From Thermoplasmatota archaeon (GTDB taxonomy: Archaea; Thermoplasmatota; SW-10-69-26; JACQPN01; JAIVGT01), in the NCBI GenBank assembly GCA_035541015.1, contig DATLFM010000097.1, positions 719 to 64,718 on the forward strand: a stretch of 64,000 nt of DNA, in the 5' to 3' direction. A program made the translations under genes and the position numbers. Below are positions 7,681-17,400 of the stretch, one piece after another. Below the pieces are notes generated by a model, which had not been told where the DNA came from, did no database searches, and worked only from the letters and a program-made list of their open reading frames with translations. Positions within the stretch are counted from its first letter, which is position 1. Every line of letters begins with the position of its first letter.

Positions 7681-9825
7681 ATGCGCGCGCTTCTGGCGAC
7701 GGCTGCCCTCGGTGCGGTCCTCCTGTCGGCCCTGTGGCTTGCCGGCGACGCGTCCGCTGCGCGGGAGTCGACCGTGGTCGCGCTTGCCTACAACGTCGAC
7801 GTTACCCAGCCGACCCTCCTTGACCAGGGCATCGTGCAGGTGACCCTGGAGATTCGAAACGCGCGCGATCGGGTCCTCAACTTCACGTTGCGCACGGCGA
7901 CGCACGAGTACGCTGTCCTGCGTCTCTTCAACGATCTTGGCGGGACCCTGCGGCAGCACGCGGGCGGCTGGAACTTCACGCCGACCTCGGACGTCGCGTC
8001 CTTCATGTACGAGATCAACGTGCGCAAGCCCGCCACCACGCCCAGCGAGTACAACAGCTGGCTCTCGCCGGCCTTTGGCGTCGTGAAGGCCGAGGCGTTG
8101 TCCATCCCGTTCGATTACACCTACTACTGTCCCGTCGGATGGACCGGCGGCCAGCCGTGCCCGGGCCCGAACTTCACGGCCGCGGTCACGTTCCGGCTGC
8201 CCGCCGGCTGGAACGTCGAAGCCCCATGGGAGGCCACGGGCCCCGGTCAGTTCGTGCTCCCGGCCGGCGACGCGATCCGCGGCGTGCTGCCGCGCGGCTT
8301 TGTCGCGCTGGGTCCGTTTTCGGGCGAGTCGCAGGAGCGCGCGGGCAAGACGTTCGTGTACGCGCGCCTCTCCGGCGAGCTTGCGGACCGCTCCGTGATC
8401 TTCGACTACCTCGAGGCGGCCACGCCCTACTACGCAAGCGTGTACGGCAACGTCACGCGCGACAAGATCCTCGTCATCAGCGCGGGCGCGCCCATGTTCC
8501 ACGGGGGCCTCGGGTCGACCGACTCCCTTTTCGTGCACCAGAACGCCACGCTGAAGACGATCGCGCACGAGTACGCGCACACGTACCAGATGTTCCAGGC
8601 GCACAACGTGGCCGGCGCCTCGACGATCTGGATCAACGAGGGCGACGCGGACTATCACGGCGCGATTTCGCGCTTCGTCGCGGGCTTCCTCTCGCTCGAC
8701 CTCCTCAACGCCGAGCTTCGAAGCGAGTACGAGAACCGCACCCAGGACCCCAACCGCGGCGAGGTTGCGCTCACGAGCCCCGTGTACGGGGCCGACGACC
8801 AGCAGGTCGCCTACCGCAAGGGCATGTTCACGCTTGCGCACCTGGGATCCGAGCTCTCCGGCGCCACGAACGGCCGCGCCACGCTTGCCACCATCATGAC
8901 CGCCCTCAACCAGGAGTACGTCGAGAACATCAGCCGGAACACGAGCCGGCTGCCACGCGTCACGAACGACGACATGCTCCGCGTGGTGAACCGGCTGGCG
9001 CGCTCCGACGGCGTGCTCGTGGACTTCTCGACGTTCTTTGATCTCTACGTCTTTGGCCCGACCTACCCGCCGTTTCGGGAGGTCGTCGCGCTCGAGGACA
9101 TCGTGCTCGAAGCGCTGCGGGCCTCACCCTCGCCCGCCCTGCCCGGTCAGCCGGTGCAGGTCACGGTGGAGGCGCGCAACCGCGGCCCCACGGCGGCGGA
9201 GCGCGTCATCACGCTTCGCGTGGGCGGTCAGGTCGTGGGGACGCAAACGTTGTCCCTTGGCATCGGGGAATCGGGAAGCGCCCGCTTCGTCTGGACGCCC
9301 GACGAGCCGGGCGACTACGTCCTTGAAGCGGCCTACCTGCAGCGGATCCTGCCCGTGCTCGTCCCGGCCGAGTTCGCCATCGTGGGTATGGACCCCACGC
9401 CCACGTTCCCCATGGCGCTGCGACCCTTCGACGTGGTCGTCTTCGTGCGCAACACCGGGCAGGCTCCCGGGGAGGCCCTCGTGCGCGTGAATATCGGCGA
9501 GACCGAACGCACGGCGGCGCTCTCGATCCCCGGCGGCGTCACCGCGCGCGCGAGCGTCGCGTTCACGCTCCCGGAGGCCGGCGAATACGAGATCGCCGCT
9601 CGGCTGGACGGGTCGGAGGCGCCGCCCCGGCGGCAGACCTTGCGCGTGGACGAGCTCGACAGCGACGGCGACGGCGTTCCCGACGCGCGCGACGCGTACC
9701 CGCACAACCCAAACCTTTGGGAATCGAATCCGGTGAACGACGTCCGCAACGCGACGCCGGCGTGGGAATCGCTGCCGCTTGCGGTGGGGTTCTGCGCGCT
9801 CCTCCTGCGTCGGCGGCGCGCCTAG
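7681..9825 (+). CDS. Secreted HExxH zinc metalloprotease with tandem CARDB domains, an Asp-rich Ca-binding repeat and a C-terminal membrane anchor
   Basis: The signal peptide is MRALLATAALGAVLLSALWLAGDASA. The zinc-binding motif is TIAHEYAHTYQ (HExxH). There are two CARDB-like beta-sandwich segments (PGQPVQVTVEARNRG... and FDVVVFVRNTGQAPGEA...). A thrombospondin-type-3-like DSDGDGVPDARDAYPHNP repeat is present. The C-terminus is LPLAVGFCALLLRRRRA. Confidence 0.7.
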   Translation: MRALLATAALGAVLLSALWLAGDASAARESTVVALAYNVDVTQPTLLDQGIVQVTLEIRNARDRVLNFTLRTATHEYAVLRLFNDLGGTLRQHAGGWNFTPTSDVASFMYEINVRKPATTPSEYNSWLSPAFGVVKAEALSIPFDYTYYCPVGWTGGQPCPGPNFTAAVTFRLPAGWNVEAPWEATGPGQFVLPAGDAIRGVLPRGFVALGPFSGESQERAGKTFVYARLSGELADRSVIFDYLEAATPYYASVYGNVTRDKILVISAGAPMFHGGLGSTDSLFVHQNATLKTIAHEYAHTYQMFQAHNVAGASTIWINEGDADYHGAISRFVAGFLSLDLLNAELRSEYENRTQDPNRGEVALTSPVYGADDQQVAYRKGMFTLAHLGSELSGATNGRATLATIMTALNQEYVENISRNTSRLPRVTNDDMLRVVNRLARSDGVLVDFSTFFDLYVFGPTYPPFREVVALEDIVLEALRASPSPALPGQPVQVTVEARNRGPTAAERVITLRVGGQVVGTQTLSLGIGESGSARFVWTPDEPGDYVLEAAYLQRILPVLVPAEFAIVGMDPTPTFPMALRPFDVVVFVRNTGQAPGEALVRVNIGETERTAALSIPGGVTARASVAFTLPEAGEYEIAARLDGSEAPPRRQTLRVDELDSDGDGVPDARDAYPHNPNLWESNPVNDVRNATPAWESLPLAVGFCALLLRRRRA

Positions 9826-9837
9826 CCCTCGGGCCGC

Positions 9838-10686
9838 TCAAAGCGCCTTTGCGACCACGCTTGCGACCGAGACGAGCGACGCCTGCCCCTCGATCGTGTC
9901 GGTGGCGACGACCTCGTCCACGCCGGAGGACAGGAGTTTCGGGAGCGCGTCCTGGATGAAAAGGCCGTGCGTGCAGGCGGCGACGACCTTCTTTGCGCCT
10001 TGCCGCTTGAGCTCGCCGGCCGCCTTCACCATCGTGCCGCCGGTGCTGATGATGTCGTCGAGGATCACGACCGTCCGCCCGTCGACGGCCATCTCCTTGG
10101 GCATCATGACGACCTCCGTCGACGTGAGGCGCTTCTTCTCCAGGTGGTCGCTCTTGGCCTTCAAGAACATGGCCGCCTCGTGCGCACGCTCGGCCGCCCC
10201 GGCGTCGGGAGCCAGCACGACCTCCACGCCAAGGTTGCGCAGGTGGTCGCAGATGGCCGGCACGGCCGTCACGGCGCGGCAGGGAACGTGGAACATGTGG
10301 CTGATGGCGGGCCGATGGGGATCGACGAGCAGCACGCGGTCGGTCGACCGCTCGATGATGCGCGCGACGACCTCGGCCGAAACGGCCTCGCCGTCCACAA
10401 AGACGCGATCCTGGCGAGCGTAGCCGAGGTACGGGATCACGGTCGTCACGCTGCGAGCGTTGCTGCGCCGGCACGCATCCTGGATGAGCAGGAGCTCGAC
10501 GAGCGCGCCGTCGGAGACCGTCGATTGCACGACGACGACGTCTTGCCCCCGAACCGGCGTCGTGAGGCGGGCGTACGCCTCCCCGTCCGGGAAGCGCTTG
10601 GTCTCCACGCGGGCAAGCGGCACGCCCAGTTGGTCGGCCAGGCGCTTGGACAAAACAGGGTTCTGCGGCCCCGACACGACCAGCAT
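9838..10686 (-). CDS. prs: Ribose-phosphate pyrophosphokinase (PRPP synthetase)
   Basis: 282-aa ORF with PRPP-synthase motifs (KRFPDGE, PYLGYARQDR, the DDIISTGGT PRPP-binding loop). Confidence 0.9.
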   Translation of the reverse strand: MLVVSGPQNPVLSKRLADQLGVPLARVETKRFPDGEAYARLTTPVRGQDVVVVQSTVSDGALVELLLIQDACRRSNARSVTTVIPYLGYARQDRVFVDGEAVSAEVVARIIERSTDRVLLVDPHRPAISHMFHVPCRAVTAVPAICDHLRNLGVEVVLAPDAGAAERAHEAAMFLKAKSDHLEKKRLTSTEVVMMPKEMAVDGRTVVILDDIISTGGTMVKAAGELKRQGAKKVVAACTHGLFIQDALPKLLSSGVDEVVATDTIEGQASLVSVASVVAKAL

Positions 10687-10874
10687 CGAGGCGGGAAACC
10701 GCCGATCCCTCCAAAAAGGAATGCCTTGATTTCAGCCCTGCTCCCGTTACCACAAATCATATATGTAGTGGGACCATGAAAGAAACTCGGACGTGGCCCA
10801 GCACCGGAGCCCTACGTTACTTATAACGCTCTTGCGCCGGTGAGGGGACCCGCGTCGATCCGCCAGGCGTTGCG

Positions 10875-12884
10875 ATGAACGAGACGAAACAGGTCGACGA
10901 GTGGGTCAAGGAGCAGGATTTCTCCACGACGGAGGACATCAAGGTTCCGGACCGGCTCATCGACCAGGTCATCGGCCAGGAGAAGGCCGTCGAGGTGATG
11001 CGGAAGGCCGCGGAGCAGCGGCGCCACGTCATGCTCATCGGCGACCCCGGAACGGGCAAGTCCATGCTCGCCAAGGCCATGAGCGAGCTTCTGCCGCCCG
11101 AGGAACTCGAGGACATCATCGCCTACCCCAATCCCGACGACAATCACCAGCCGCGCATCCGGGTCGTGCCGGCCGGCAAGGGCAAGGAGATCGTCTCCGC
11201 CCAGAAGGCCGAGGCGCAACGCAAGCAGGAGCGCAAGGCCACCATGCAGCTCCTCGTGGTCGTGGCCCTCATCGCGCTTGGCGTCGCCATGTTCCTTGCA
11301 AGCCAGCCGCACGAGCCCATGTTCCTCCTGCTGGGACTCTTTGGCGCGCTCATCCTCTTCATGATCATGCGGCAGATGACGGTTCGCGAGACGTCGCTTG
11401 TCCCCAAGCTCCTCGTGAGCCACACGCCCGGCGAGAAGCCCCCGTTCGTCGACGGCACGGGCAGCCACGCGGGCTCGCTTTTGGGCGACGTGCGCCACGA
11501 CCCCTTCCAGTCGGGCGGCCTCGAGACGCCCGCGCACGACCGCGTCGAGGCCGGGGCCATCCACAAGGCGCACAAGGGCGTGCTCTTCATCGACGAGATC
11601 AACATGCTCCGCATGGAGAGCCAGCAGTCGCTGCTCACCGCCCTCCAGGAGCGGAAGTTCCCGATCCTCGGCCAATCCGAGCGCTCCAGCGGCGCGATGG
11701 TGAAGACGGAGTCCGTGCCGTGCGACTTCGTGCTCGTCGCGGCGGGCAACATGGACGCGCTCAAGGGCCAGGAAGGCAACCCCTTCCACCCGGGCATGCA
11801 CCCGGCGCTCCGCTCGCGCATCCGCGGGTACGGCTACGAAGTCTTCATGAACAGCACGATGGACGATTCCGACGAGAACCGCTGGAAGCTCGTCCGCTTC
11901 GTGGCGCAAGAGGTCAAGAAGGACACGAAGATCCCGCATTTCGACAAGATGGCCGTCGCCGAGATCCTTCGCGACGCCCAGCGGCGCAGCGGCCGGCGCG
12001 GCAAGCTCACGCTTCGCCTGCGCGAGCTTGGCGGCCTCGTGCGCGTGGCCGGGGACGTGGCCATCGAAGCAAAGGCGCCGCTTGTCACGCAGACCCACGT
12101 CGTGAAGGCCAAGATGATCGCGCGCTCGCTTGAGCAGCAGGTCGTCGACCAGATGATCGAGCACCGCCGCGAGTACCGCACGTTCCGCGTGAGCGGCGGC
12201 GCCATCGGCCAGGTGAACGGCCTTGCCGTCTTCATGGGCGGCGAGGTGGGCGAGCCCTCGGGCATCGTCATGCCGATTGCCGCCGAGGTGACGCCCTCCC
12301 AAAGCAAGAGCGAGGGCAAGGTCATCGCGACGGGCAAGCTTGGCGACATCGCCCGCGAAGCGGTCCAGAACGTGGCCGCCGTGATCAAGAAGCACACGGG
12401 CGTCGACGTCACGACGCACGACATCCACATCCAGTTCGTTCTCGCGCACGAGGGCGTCGAGGGCGACTCGGCCTCCATCTCGGTGGCGACGGCCGTCATC
12501 AGCGCGCTCGAGGAGATCGAGGTCGACCAGGGCGCGGCCATGACCGGATCGCTGTCCATCCGCGGCGACGTGCTCCCCGTGGGAGGCGTCACGGCCAAGA
12601 TCGAGGCGGCCGCCGAGGCGGGCCTGAAGAAGGTCATCATCCCAAGGGCAAACCTCCAGGACGTCCTCATCGAGGAGCGCTACCGCGACCGCATCAAGAT
12701 CGTGCCCGTGGAGACGCTCGACGAGGTCCTCCAGGAAGTCCTCATGACAAGCCCCAAGAAGAAGGGCCTCGTGGAGAAGCTCGCCAAGTTCATGCACAAG
12801 ACGAGCACGACGCTTGGAACGGGCGTTCCGGGCGCCGGCGTGCCGGCCGGCGCAAGCGGCGCCACGAAGACGCCCGGCCTCTAG
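10875..12884 (+). CDS. lonB: Archaeal membrane-bound ATP-dependent Lon protease (LonB)
   Basis: 669 aa. It has a Walker A GDPGTGKS, a two-TM insertion inside the AAA+ module (LLVVVALIALGVAMFLA...LFGALILFMIM) and a C-terminal Lon protease domain with the EGDSASISVATAVISAL serine motif. Confidence 0.9.
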   Translation: MNETKQVDEWVKEQDFSTTEDIKVPDRLIDQVIGQEKAVEVMRKAAEQRRHVMLIGDPGTGKSMLAKAMSELLPPEELEDIIAYPNPDDNHQPRIRVVPAGKGKEIVSAQKAEAQRKQERKATMQLLVVVALIALGVAMFLASQPHEPMFLLLGLFGALILFMIMRQMTVRETSLVPKLLVSHTPGEKPPFVDGTGSHAGSLLGDVRHDPFQSGGLETPAHDRVEAGAIHKAHKGVLFIDEINMLRMESQQSLLTALQERKFPILGQSERSSGAMVKTESVPCDFVLVAAGNMDALKGQEGNPFHPGMHPALRSRIRGYGYEVFMNSTMDDSDENRWKLVRFVAQEVKKDTKIPHFDKMAVAEILRDAQRRSGRRGKLTLRLRELGGLVRVAGDVAIEAKAPLVTQTHVVKAKMIARSLEQQVVDQMIEHRREYRTFRVSGGAIGQVNGLAVFMGGEVGEPSGIVMPIAAEVTPSQSKSEGKVIATGKLGDIAREAVQNVAAVIKKHTGVDVTTHDIHIQFVLAHEGVEGDSASISVATAVISALEEIEVDQGAAMTGSLSIRGDVLPVGGVTAKIEAAAEAGLKKVIIPRANLQDVLIEERYRDRIKIVPVETLDEVLQEVLMTSPKKKGLVEKLAKFMHKTSTTLGTGVPGAGVPAGASGATKTPGL

Positions 12885-12957
12885 CGCGGTGCCTTCGTTC
12901 GAAACCTCTTGGATGCGTTTGCGCGAGCGTGCGCACGCACCCGAGCGAAACGGACCG

Positions 12958-12965
12958 TATATAAA
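12958..12965 (+). promoter_or_regulatory. TATA box (TATATAAA) for the NTPase gene
   Basis: An AT-rich octamer in GC-rich context about 35-40 nt upstream of the ATG at 12999. An upstream purine-rich BRE-like stretch is present. Confidence 0.5.
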
Positions 12966-12998
12966 GCCGGCCGTCGTTACGGCGCAACGCCGTCGCCC

Positions 12999-13544
12999 AT
13001 GCTCCAGGATATAAAGATCGGGATCACCGGCCTGCCGCAGGTCGGCAAGACCGCCACGCTTCTCAAGATCGTCGAGAAGCTCGAAGGACGCGACGTCATC
13101 GTGGGCGGCATGGTCACGGAGCCCTTCGTCGAGAACGGCAAGCGCGCCGGATTCAAGATCGTGAACTGGCTCACGAAGGAAGAAGGCGTCCTTGCGCGCG
13201 AGGGGGCGACCGGCGACGTGCGCACGGGCAAGTACGGCGTCGATCTCGACGTCCTCGAGACCGTGGGCGTCACGGCCATCCGACAAGCCATCGCGGAGGC
13301 CGAAGTCATCGTCATCGACGAGGTTGGCAAGATGGAGATGGAAAGCGACACCTTCTGCCAGGCGGTCAAGGACGCGCTCGACACGCCAAAGCCCCTCATC
13401 ATGACGCTCCACAAGAAGTCCCGCAACCCGCTCTTGCAGGACATCCGGCGGCGCGACGACATCCGCATCCTGGAAGTCACGCGGATCAATCGCAACTTGT
13501 TGCCGTACAAGATCGAGAAGCTCCTAGAAGGAGAGAACATCTAG
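12999..13544 (+). CDS. Nucleoside-triphosphatase THEP1-like (MJ1559 family NTPase)
   Basis: ORF 12909..13544. The likely start is the internal ATG at 12999 (MLQDIKIGITGLPQVGKT, Walker A). The motif DEVGKME is present. A canonical TATA box TATATAAAG lies about 40 nt upstream. Confidence 0.65.
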   Translation: MLQDIKIGITGLPQVGKTATLLKIVEKLEGRDVIVGGMVTEPFVENGKRAGFKIVNWLTKEEGVLAREGATGDVRTGKYGVDLDVLETVGVTAIRQAIAEAEVIVIDEVGKMEMESDTFCQAVKDALDTPKPLIMTLHKKSRNPLLQDIRRRDDIRILEVTRINRNLLPYKIEKLLEGENI

Positions 13545-13622
13545 GAGTGGCAAGAACGTCGCGAACGGAACGTCGAGAGCAGGCGCGCGACCCGTTCCGG
13601 GGCGCGCCCGACCCGCTTGGTC

Positions 13623-14567
13623 TCAGGGCAGCGTATGCGCCCCGTGCGCCAATAGTTGGCCCACGTGCGGCACCGTCACAACGGTACCACTCCCGAGGAA
13701 CGTGTAATAGCCATGGTCGGTGACCTCCGCGCGCACATAGAGCGCCGCTCCTGCGCCGTCGGCGGATCGGATCCACTGCAGGTCGTCGGCGGTGGGAGGC
13801 GAGACGCGAACGAGACCGCCTAGGACCGTCGATTCGGACGTCTTCACGCGATCCTCGTCGTACACGTAGTACGCCGAGACGGTGATCGCGTAGTCCCGCG
13901 AGCCTACGTTTGCGCAAAGGCACGTATTGCCCAGCGGGATGAGAGGACCCACGGGACCCAAGGTTGCCTTCGAGAGACAGGCGAGGTTGACGGTCTGCGG
14001 CGGCGCGTTGCCGCCCAGCCGCACGTCGAGGCAGATCTGGCCTTGCCCGTTGTCGTAAACGCTAAGGTTGCCCGCGGAAGCGGTTGCGCGAGGCGTCCCG
14101 CCGGGAACGGGGCGAACGACGGTTGGCGCCAAGAGATCCTTCACGACACCTCCAACGACAAACGACCACTCGCGCGTTTGGTATGTCCACTTGCAGTTCC
14201 AGCTTGCGTCGCACACGGTGCTGCTGTATTGCGCCCACGCACGGTGAACCCCGAAGGAAAATTCGGGGTCGGGCGAAAAGCTTGCGACGACGTCCTGGGG
14301 GGGAAGCAGGGAACCGTAGCGGTACACGGAACCCTCGGCGACCGCCTGCCCGTCGACGTGAAGCGCGACATACGAACTCTGGTAGAACACGTTTGGGCAC
14401 GACTCGTGCGAAAGCCGAGCCTCAACGACAGAGTTTGCGGGCAACTTGTGCCCGGTCGGAGTGCCCGACGGCGTGAAAACGCAGTCTTGTACGTTTGCGG
14501 ACGCAGGCGCGGGAAGCCCGGCGGACACGAGGGTGATCGAGAAGACTAGGACAAACAACAAGCGCAT
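13623..14567 (-). CDS. Secreted cysteine-rich hypothetical protein
   Basis: The N-terminus MRLLFVLVFSITLVSAGLPAPASA is a signal peptide. Nine Cys residues are spread through the mature part. Confidence 0.5.
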   Translation of the reverse strand: MRLLFVLVFSITLVSAGLPAPASANVQDCVFTPSGTPTGHKLPANSVVEARLSHESCPNVFYQSSYVALHVDGQAVAEGSVYRYGSLLPPQDVVASFSPDPEFSFGVHRAWAQYSSTVCDASWNCKWTYQTREWSFVVGGVVKDLLAPTVVRPVPGGTPRATASAGNLSVYDNGQGQICLDVRLGGNAPPQTVNLACLSKATLGPVGPLIPLGNTCLCANVGSRDYAITVSAYYVYDEDRVKTSESTVLGGLVRVSPPTADDLQWIRSADGAGAALYVRAEVTDHGYYTFLGSGTVVTVPHVGQLLAHGAHTLP

Positions 14568-14677
14568 GCGTCAACTCTCCCGGCCGTGCAGGCGGTCCAG
14601 GCGCTATATCAGGGTTTTCACGACAATCTGTTCGGAACGCACGCGGGAGCATCCGACATCATACGACGTTGCGAAGT

Positions 14678-15823
14678 TCACTTGAGCCCGATCGCGTCCC
14701 TCGCGATGACCAAACGCTGAATCTCCGACGTTCCTTCGTAGATCTCCGTGATCTTCGCGTCGCGCATGTAGCGCTCGACGGGGAAGTCCGTCGTGTAGCC
14801 GGCGCCGCCGTGCACCTGCACGGCGTCGATCGCGTTCTTCATGGCCGCTTCGCTCGCAAAGAGCTTGGCCATCGCGGAGGCCGTTCCGAACTTCTCGCCC
14901 TGCTGGCAGAGGAAGGCCGCGCGCCACGTGAGCACGCGGGAGGCCTCGGCCGCCACGTGCATGTCGGCGATCATGTGCTGGATCGCCTGGTGGTGCGCGA
15001 TGGGCTTGCCAAACGCGTGGCGCTCCTTCGCGTACGCGGCGGCGGCGTCCACGCACGCCTGCGCGATGCCGACGGCCTGCGCGGCGATGCCGATCCGGCC
15101 CCGGTCGAGCGTGGCCATGGCGATCTTGAACCCTTCACCCTCCTGCCCGAGGAGGTTCTCGACGGGGATTTCACAGTTGTCGAAGAAGAGTTGCGTGCTG
15201 TGCGCCGCGCGGATGCCCATCTTGTCCTCGGGCGGCGACCAGGTGAACCCGGGCGTGCCGGCCTCGACCACGAAGGCGCTGATGCCGCGGTGCTTGGCCG
15301 CCACGTCGGTCTTGGCGAAGACAACGTAGATTCCCGCGTGGCCGCCGTTTGTGATGAAGTTCTTCTGGCCGGAGAGGACGTACGAGCCGCCCTTCTTCAC
15401 GGCGACCGTCGTCATGGCGGCCGGGTCGCTTCCGGCGTTGGGCTCCGAGAGGGCAAACGCGCCAAGCTTGGCGCCCGTGGCAAGGGGGCGCAGGAAGCGC
15501 TCCTTCTGCGCGTCGTTCGAGAAGGCGTTGAGGGGGTAGCCCGCGAGCGTATTCGTGACGGAGACGATGACGCTCGTGGCCGCGCACGCGCGGGCGAGTT
15601 CCTCGAGCGCCACGACGTAGGAGACGTAGTCGAAGCCCGCGCCGCCCCACTCCGCCGGGGCCGTCATGCCCAGAAGGCCAAGCTCGGCCATCCGCGGGAT
15701 GTTCTCCGTGGGGAACCGCTTCTCGCGGTCGATCGCCGCGGCGATGGGGGCAACGTTCTTCTCGGCGAACTCGCGCACCATCTTGCGGACGGCTTCCTGC
15801 TCGTCGCTCAGGCGGAAGTCCAT
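14678..15823 (-). CDS. Acyl-CoA dehydrogenase (short/branched-chain type)
   Basis: 381 aa. It shows a full ACAD pattern (GxxGFD..., YxxGxSEPxAGSD, the catalytic Glu region ...IYEGTSEIQRLVIAR). Confidence 0.9.
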   Translation of the reverse strand: MDFRLSDEQEAVRKMVREFAEKNVAPIAAAIDREKRFPTENIPRMAELGLLGMTAPAEWGGAGFDYVSYVVALEELARACAATSVIVSVTNTLAGYPLNAFSNDAQKERFLRPLATGAKLGAFALSEPNAGSDPAAMTTVAVKKGGSYVLSGQKNFITNGGHAGIYVVFAKTDVAAKHRGISAFVVEAGTPGFTWSPPEDKMGIRAAHSTQLFFDNCEIPVENLLGQEGEGFKIAMATLDRGRIGIAAQAVGIAQACVDAAAAYAKERHAFGKPIAHHQAIQHMIADMHVAAEASRVLTWRAAFLCQQGEKFGTASAMAKLFASEAAMKNAIDAVQVHGGAGYTTDFPVERYMRDAKITEIYEGTSEIQRLVIARDAIGLK

Positions 15824-15829
15824 GCCCCG

Positions 15830-16132
15830 CTACCCGCCGACGGGAACCATCTCGTAGTGGTCCACGACCTGATCCTGGACGAAGTCGACCTCGTTGGCCA
15901 GGAGCTTGGGCTTTCGCCAGTTGGCCCCCGCGAAGGCGATGAGGTCTTCTTTGGATTCCCACACGCTCACGAGGACGTACTCCTCCTGGCCGCGTTCGAG
16001 GGGCCGGCCGAAGTTGACCCACCGCACGCCCTTCTGGGCTTGGAGCTGCGGGACGGCCGTCTGGATATAGTAGTCCTCCAGCGCCTTTTCCTTCCCAGGG
16101 CGCGGACGGGCGCGGAAGACGCGAACGATCAT
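15830..16132 (-). CDS. ABM-domain (antibiotic-biosynthesis-monooxygenase-like) small protein
   Basis: 100 aa, 6 bp upstream of the ACAD start (operon). The WESKEDLIAF segment resembles the ABM/Dabb fold. Confidence 0.4.
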   Translation of the reverse strand: MIVRVFRARPRPGKEKALEDYYIQTAVPQLQAQKGVRWVNFGRPLERGQEEYVLVSVWESKEDLIAFAGANWRKPKLLANEVDFVQDQVVDHYEMVPVGG

Positions 16133-16203
16133 CGGGGTACCCGAAGCAGGCAGGACGGGAAAAACGTTTGGGGCGGACTTGGCCGCCTGGGGTCCGCGGG
16201 CCG

Positions 16204-16656
16204 TCAGGACCGCCGAAGCGCCTCCTTGGGGCGCCGGCGCCGGGTGGCGCGGACAAGCTCGTCCGTGGCGCGGCGGACCAGCTGCTGCACGCCGCGCTTG
16301 GTGTAGCGGGAGAAGATGCGGATCATGAGGAGGCTTGCGGCCACGAGGAGGACGGCCTGGAGCAGGCCCAAGGCCGTCGTGATCGTCTTGAGCGTCCGAT
16401 CGTCGATGGACGGGACGAGCTGGTAGGTCACGAGGAAGGGAAGGAGGGCTTGAACGGATTCGAGGAGAAGGAACACGGCAAGGAGGGCCAAGGGAAGACG
16501 CAGCGCGTTGGCCCGAAGGTAGAGGATCTCCTGCGCAAAGGCGCCCAACGGGTTCGCGTACAGGAGCATCGCCAACCGGACGACGACCACGACGAAGGCC
16601 AACGCGGCAAGCGCCGACAGGGGTGGGAGGAACTCCTCGAGCGTCTCAAACGCCAC
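16204..16656 (-). CDS. Hypothetical membrane protein (3-4 TM)
   Basis: 150-aa ORF with hydrophobic helices and a basic C-terminal tail. It overlaps the upstream Roadblock gene by 11 bp. Confidence 0.45.
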   Translation of the reverse strand: MAFETLEEFLPPLSALAALAFVVVVVRLAMLLYANPLGAFAQEILYLRANALRLPLALLAVFLLLESVQALLPFLVTYQLVPSIDDRTLKTITTALGLLQAVLLVAASLLMIRIFSRYTKRGVQQLVRRATDELVRATRRRRPKEALRRS

Positions 16657-17086
16657 GCGCGATGACCTCCCGAAGCCGCTCGATGGCCTTGCGGACCTCC
16701 ACGAGCACGAGGATGTTGTTGGTTCCCGGCTGGAGCAGGGTCACAAGCGCAAGGCCGCTTGCGACCTGGAAGACCGCGATGGAGCCCCGGTCCGTCGTCA
16801 CGATGACGTTGCGCGAGCGCCCGAGGTCCATGAGCTCGGTGGTGCGCACGCCCGCGCGCGCGAGCATGGCGCCGGCGGTCGCGACGAGCGCGGGGTCGAC
16901 GCCGCCCCGGAGATCCCATGCGAGGGGGCTTCCCTCGTCGTCGACTAGGACGCTTCCCAAAAGGCCTCCGAGGTTGCGCTGCAGTTCCGCGAGCGATTCC
17001 CGAAGCTCGGTGGACAGGGCTTCCCCGGGCGACTGGGCGGGCAGAAGGTCGAACCCTTCGGTGGCGTCGCCCATCGGGGCGGCCAA
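16646..17086 (-). CDS. Roadblock/LC7 (MglB-like) domain protein
   Basis: 146 aa. The segment GSVLVDDEGSPLAW...ALVATAGAMLA...NVIVTTDRGSIAVFQV matches the Roadblock/LC7 fold pattern. Confidence 0.65.
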   Translation of the reverse strand: MAAPMGDATEGFDLLPAQSPGEALSTELRESLAELQRNLGGLLGSVLVDDEGSPLAWDLRGGVDPALVATAGAMLARAGVRTTELMDLGRSRNVIVTTDRGSIAVFQVASGLALVTLLQPGTNNILVLVEVRKAIERLREVIARGV

Positions 17087-17181
17087 CGCGATGGCGCCTT
17101 TTCAGGGTTTCGGGAACCGTTCCGGGTTGATGGGTATGCCGTAACCTTCATGCGTGGGAACGGTCAGAGTGCTCGCGGGGG

Positions 17182-17373
17182 TTGTGTTTGGGCGGCAAGC
17201 AATGCACGTCCTGCGGGGCCGAGCTCGACGGGGTCGAGACCGCCGGCGGGGTCATCTACGAGTGCGGAACGCACGGCGTTCGCGATTGGGTCTTCGAGGA
17301 CCAGACGCACACGGAGTACGCCTTGCGCGTTCCCCGTGCTCCGGTTTCCCGTCTGTTTCCGGAACGATTGTAG
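17182..17373 (+). CDS. Small zinc-ribbon-like protein (C-x2-C...C-x3-H)
   Basis: 63-aa ORF, MCLGGKQCTSCGAELDG...YECGTHG. The start is uncertain. Confidence 0.25.
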   Translation: MCLGGKQCTSCGAELDGVETAGGVIYECGTHGVRDWVFEDQTHTEYALRVPRAPVSRLFPERL

Positions 17374-17400
17374 GGATCGTACGCAGCGGGCGCGCAGCGG

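Noticed and set aside
5956-8841. 961-aa minus-strand ORF overlapping the metalloprotease gene and the HTH_10 protein
   Set aside because: It has no motifs and an extreme Arg/Pro/Gly composition. It overlaps coding genes with clear catalytic motifs.
8139-9041. Alternative-frame ORFs inside the metalloprotease gene (8139..9041 +, 9124..9705 -, 9563..10753 -)
   Set aside because: They are Arg-rich compositional artifacts overlapping genes with strong motif support, the metalloprotease and prs.
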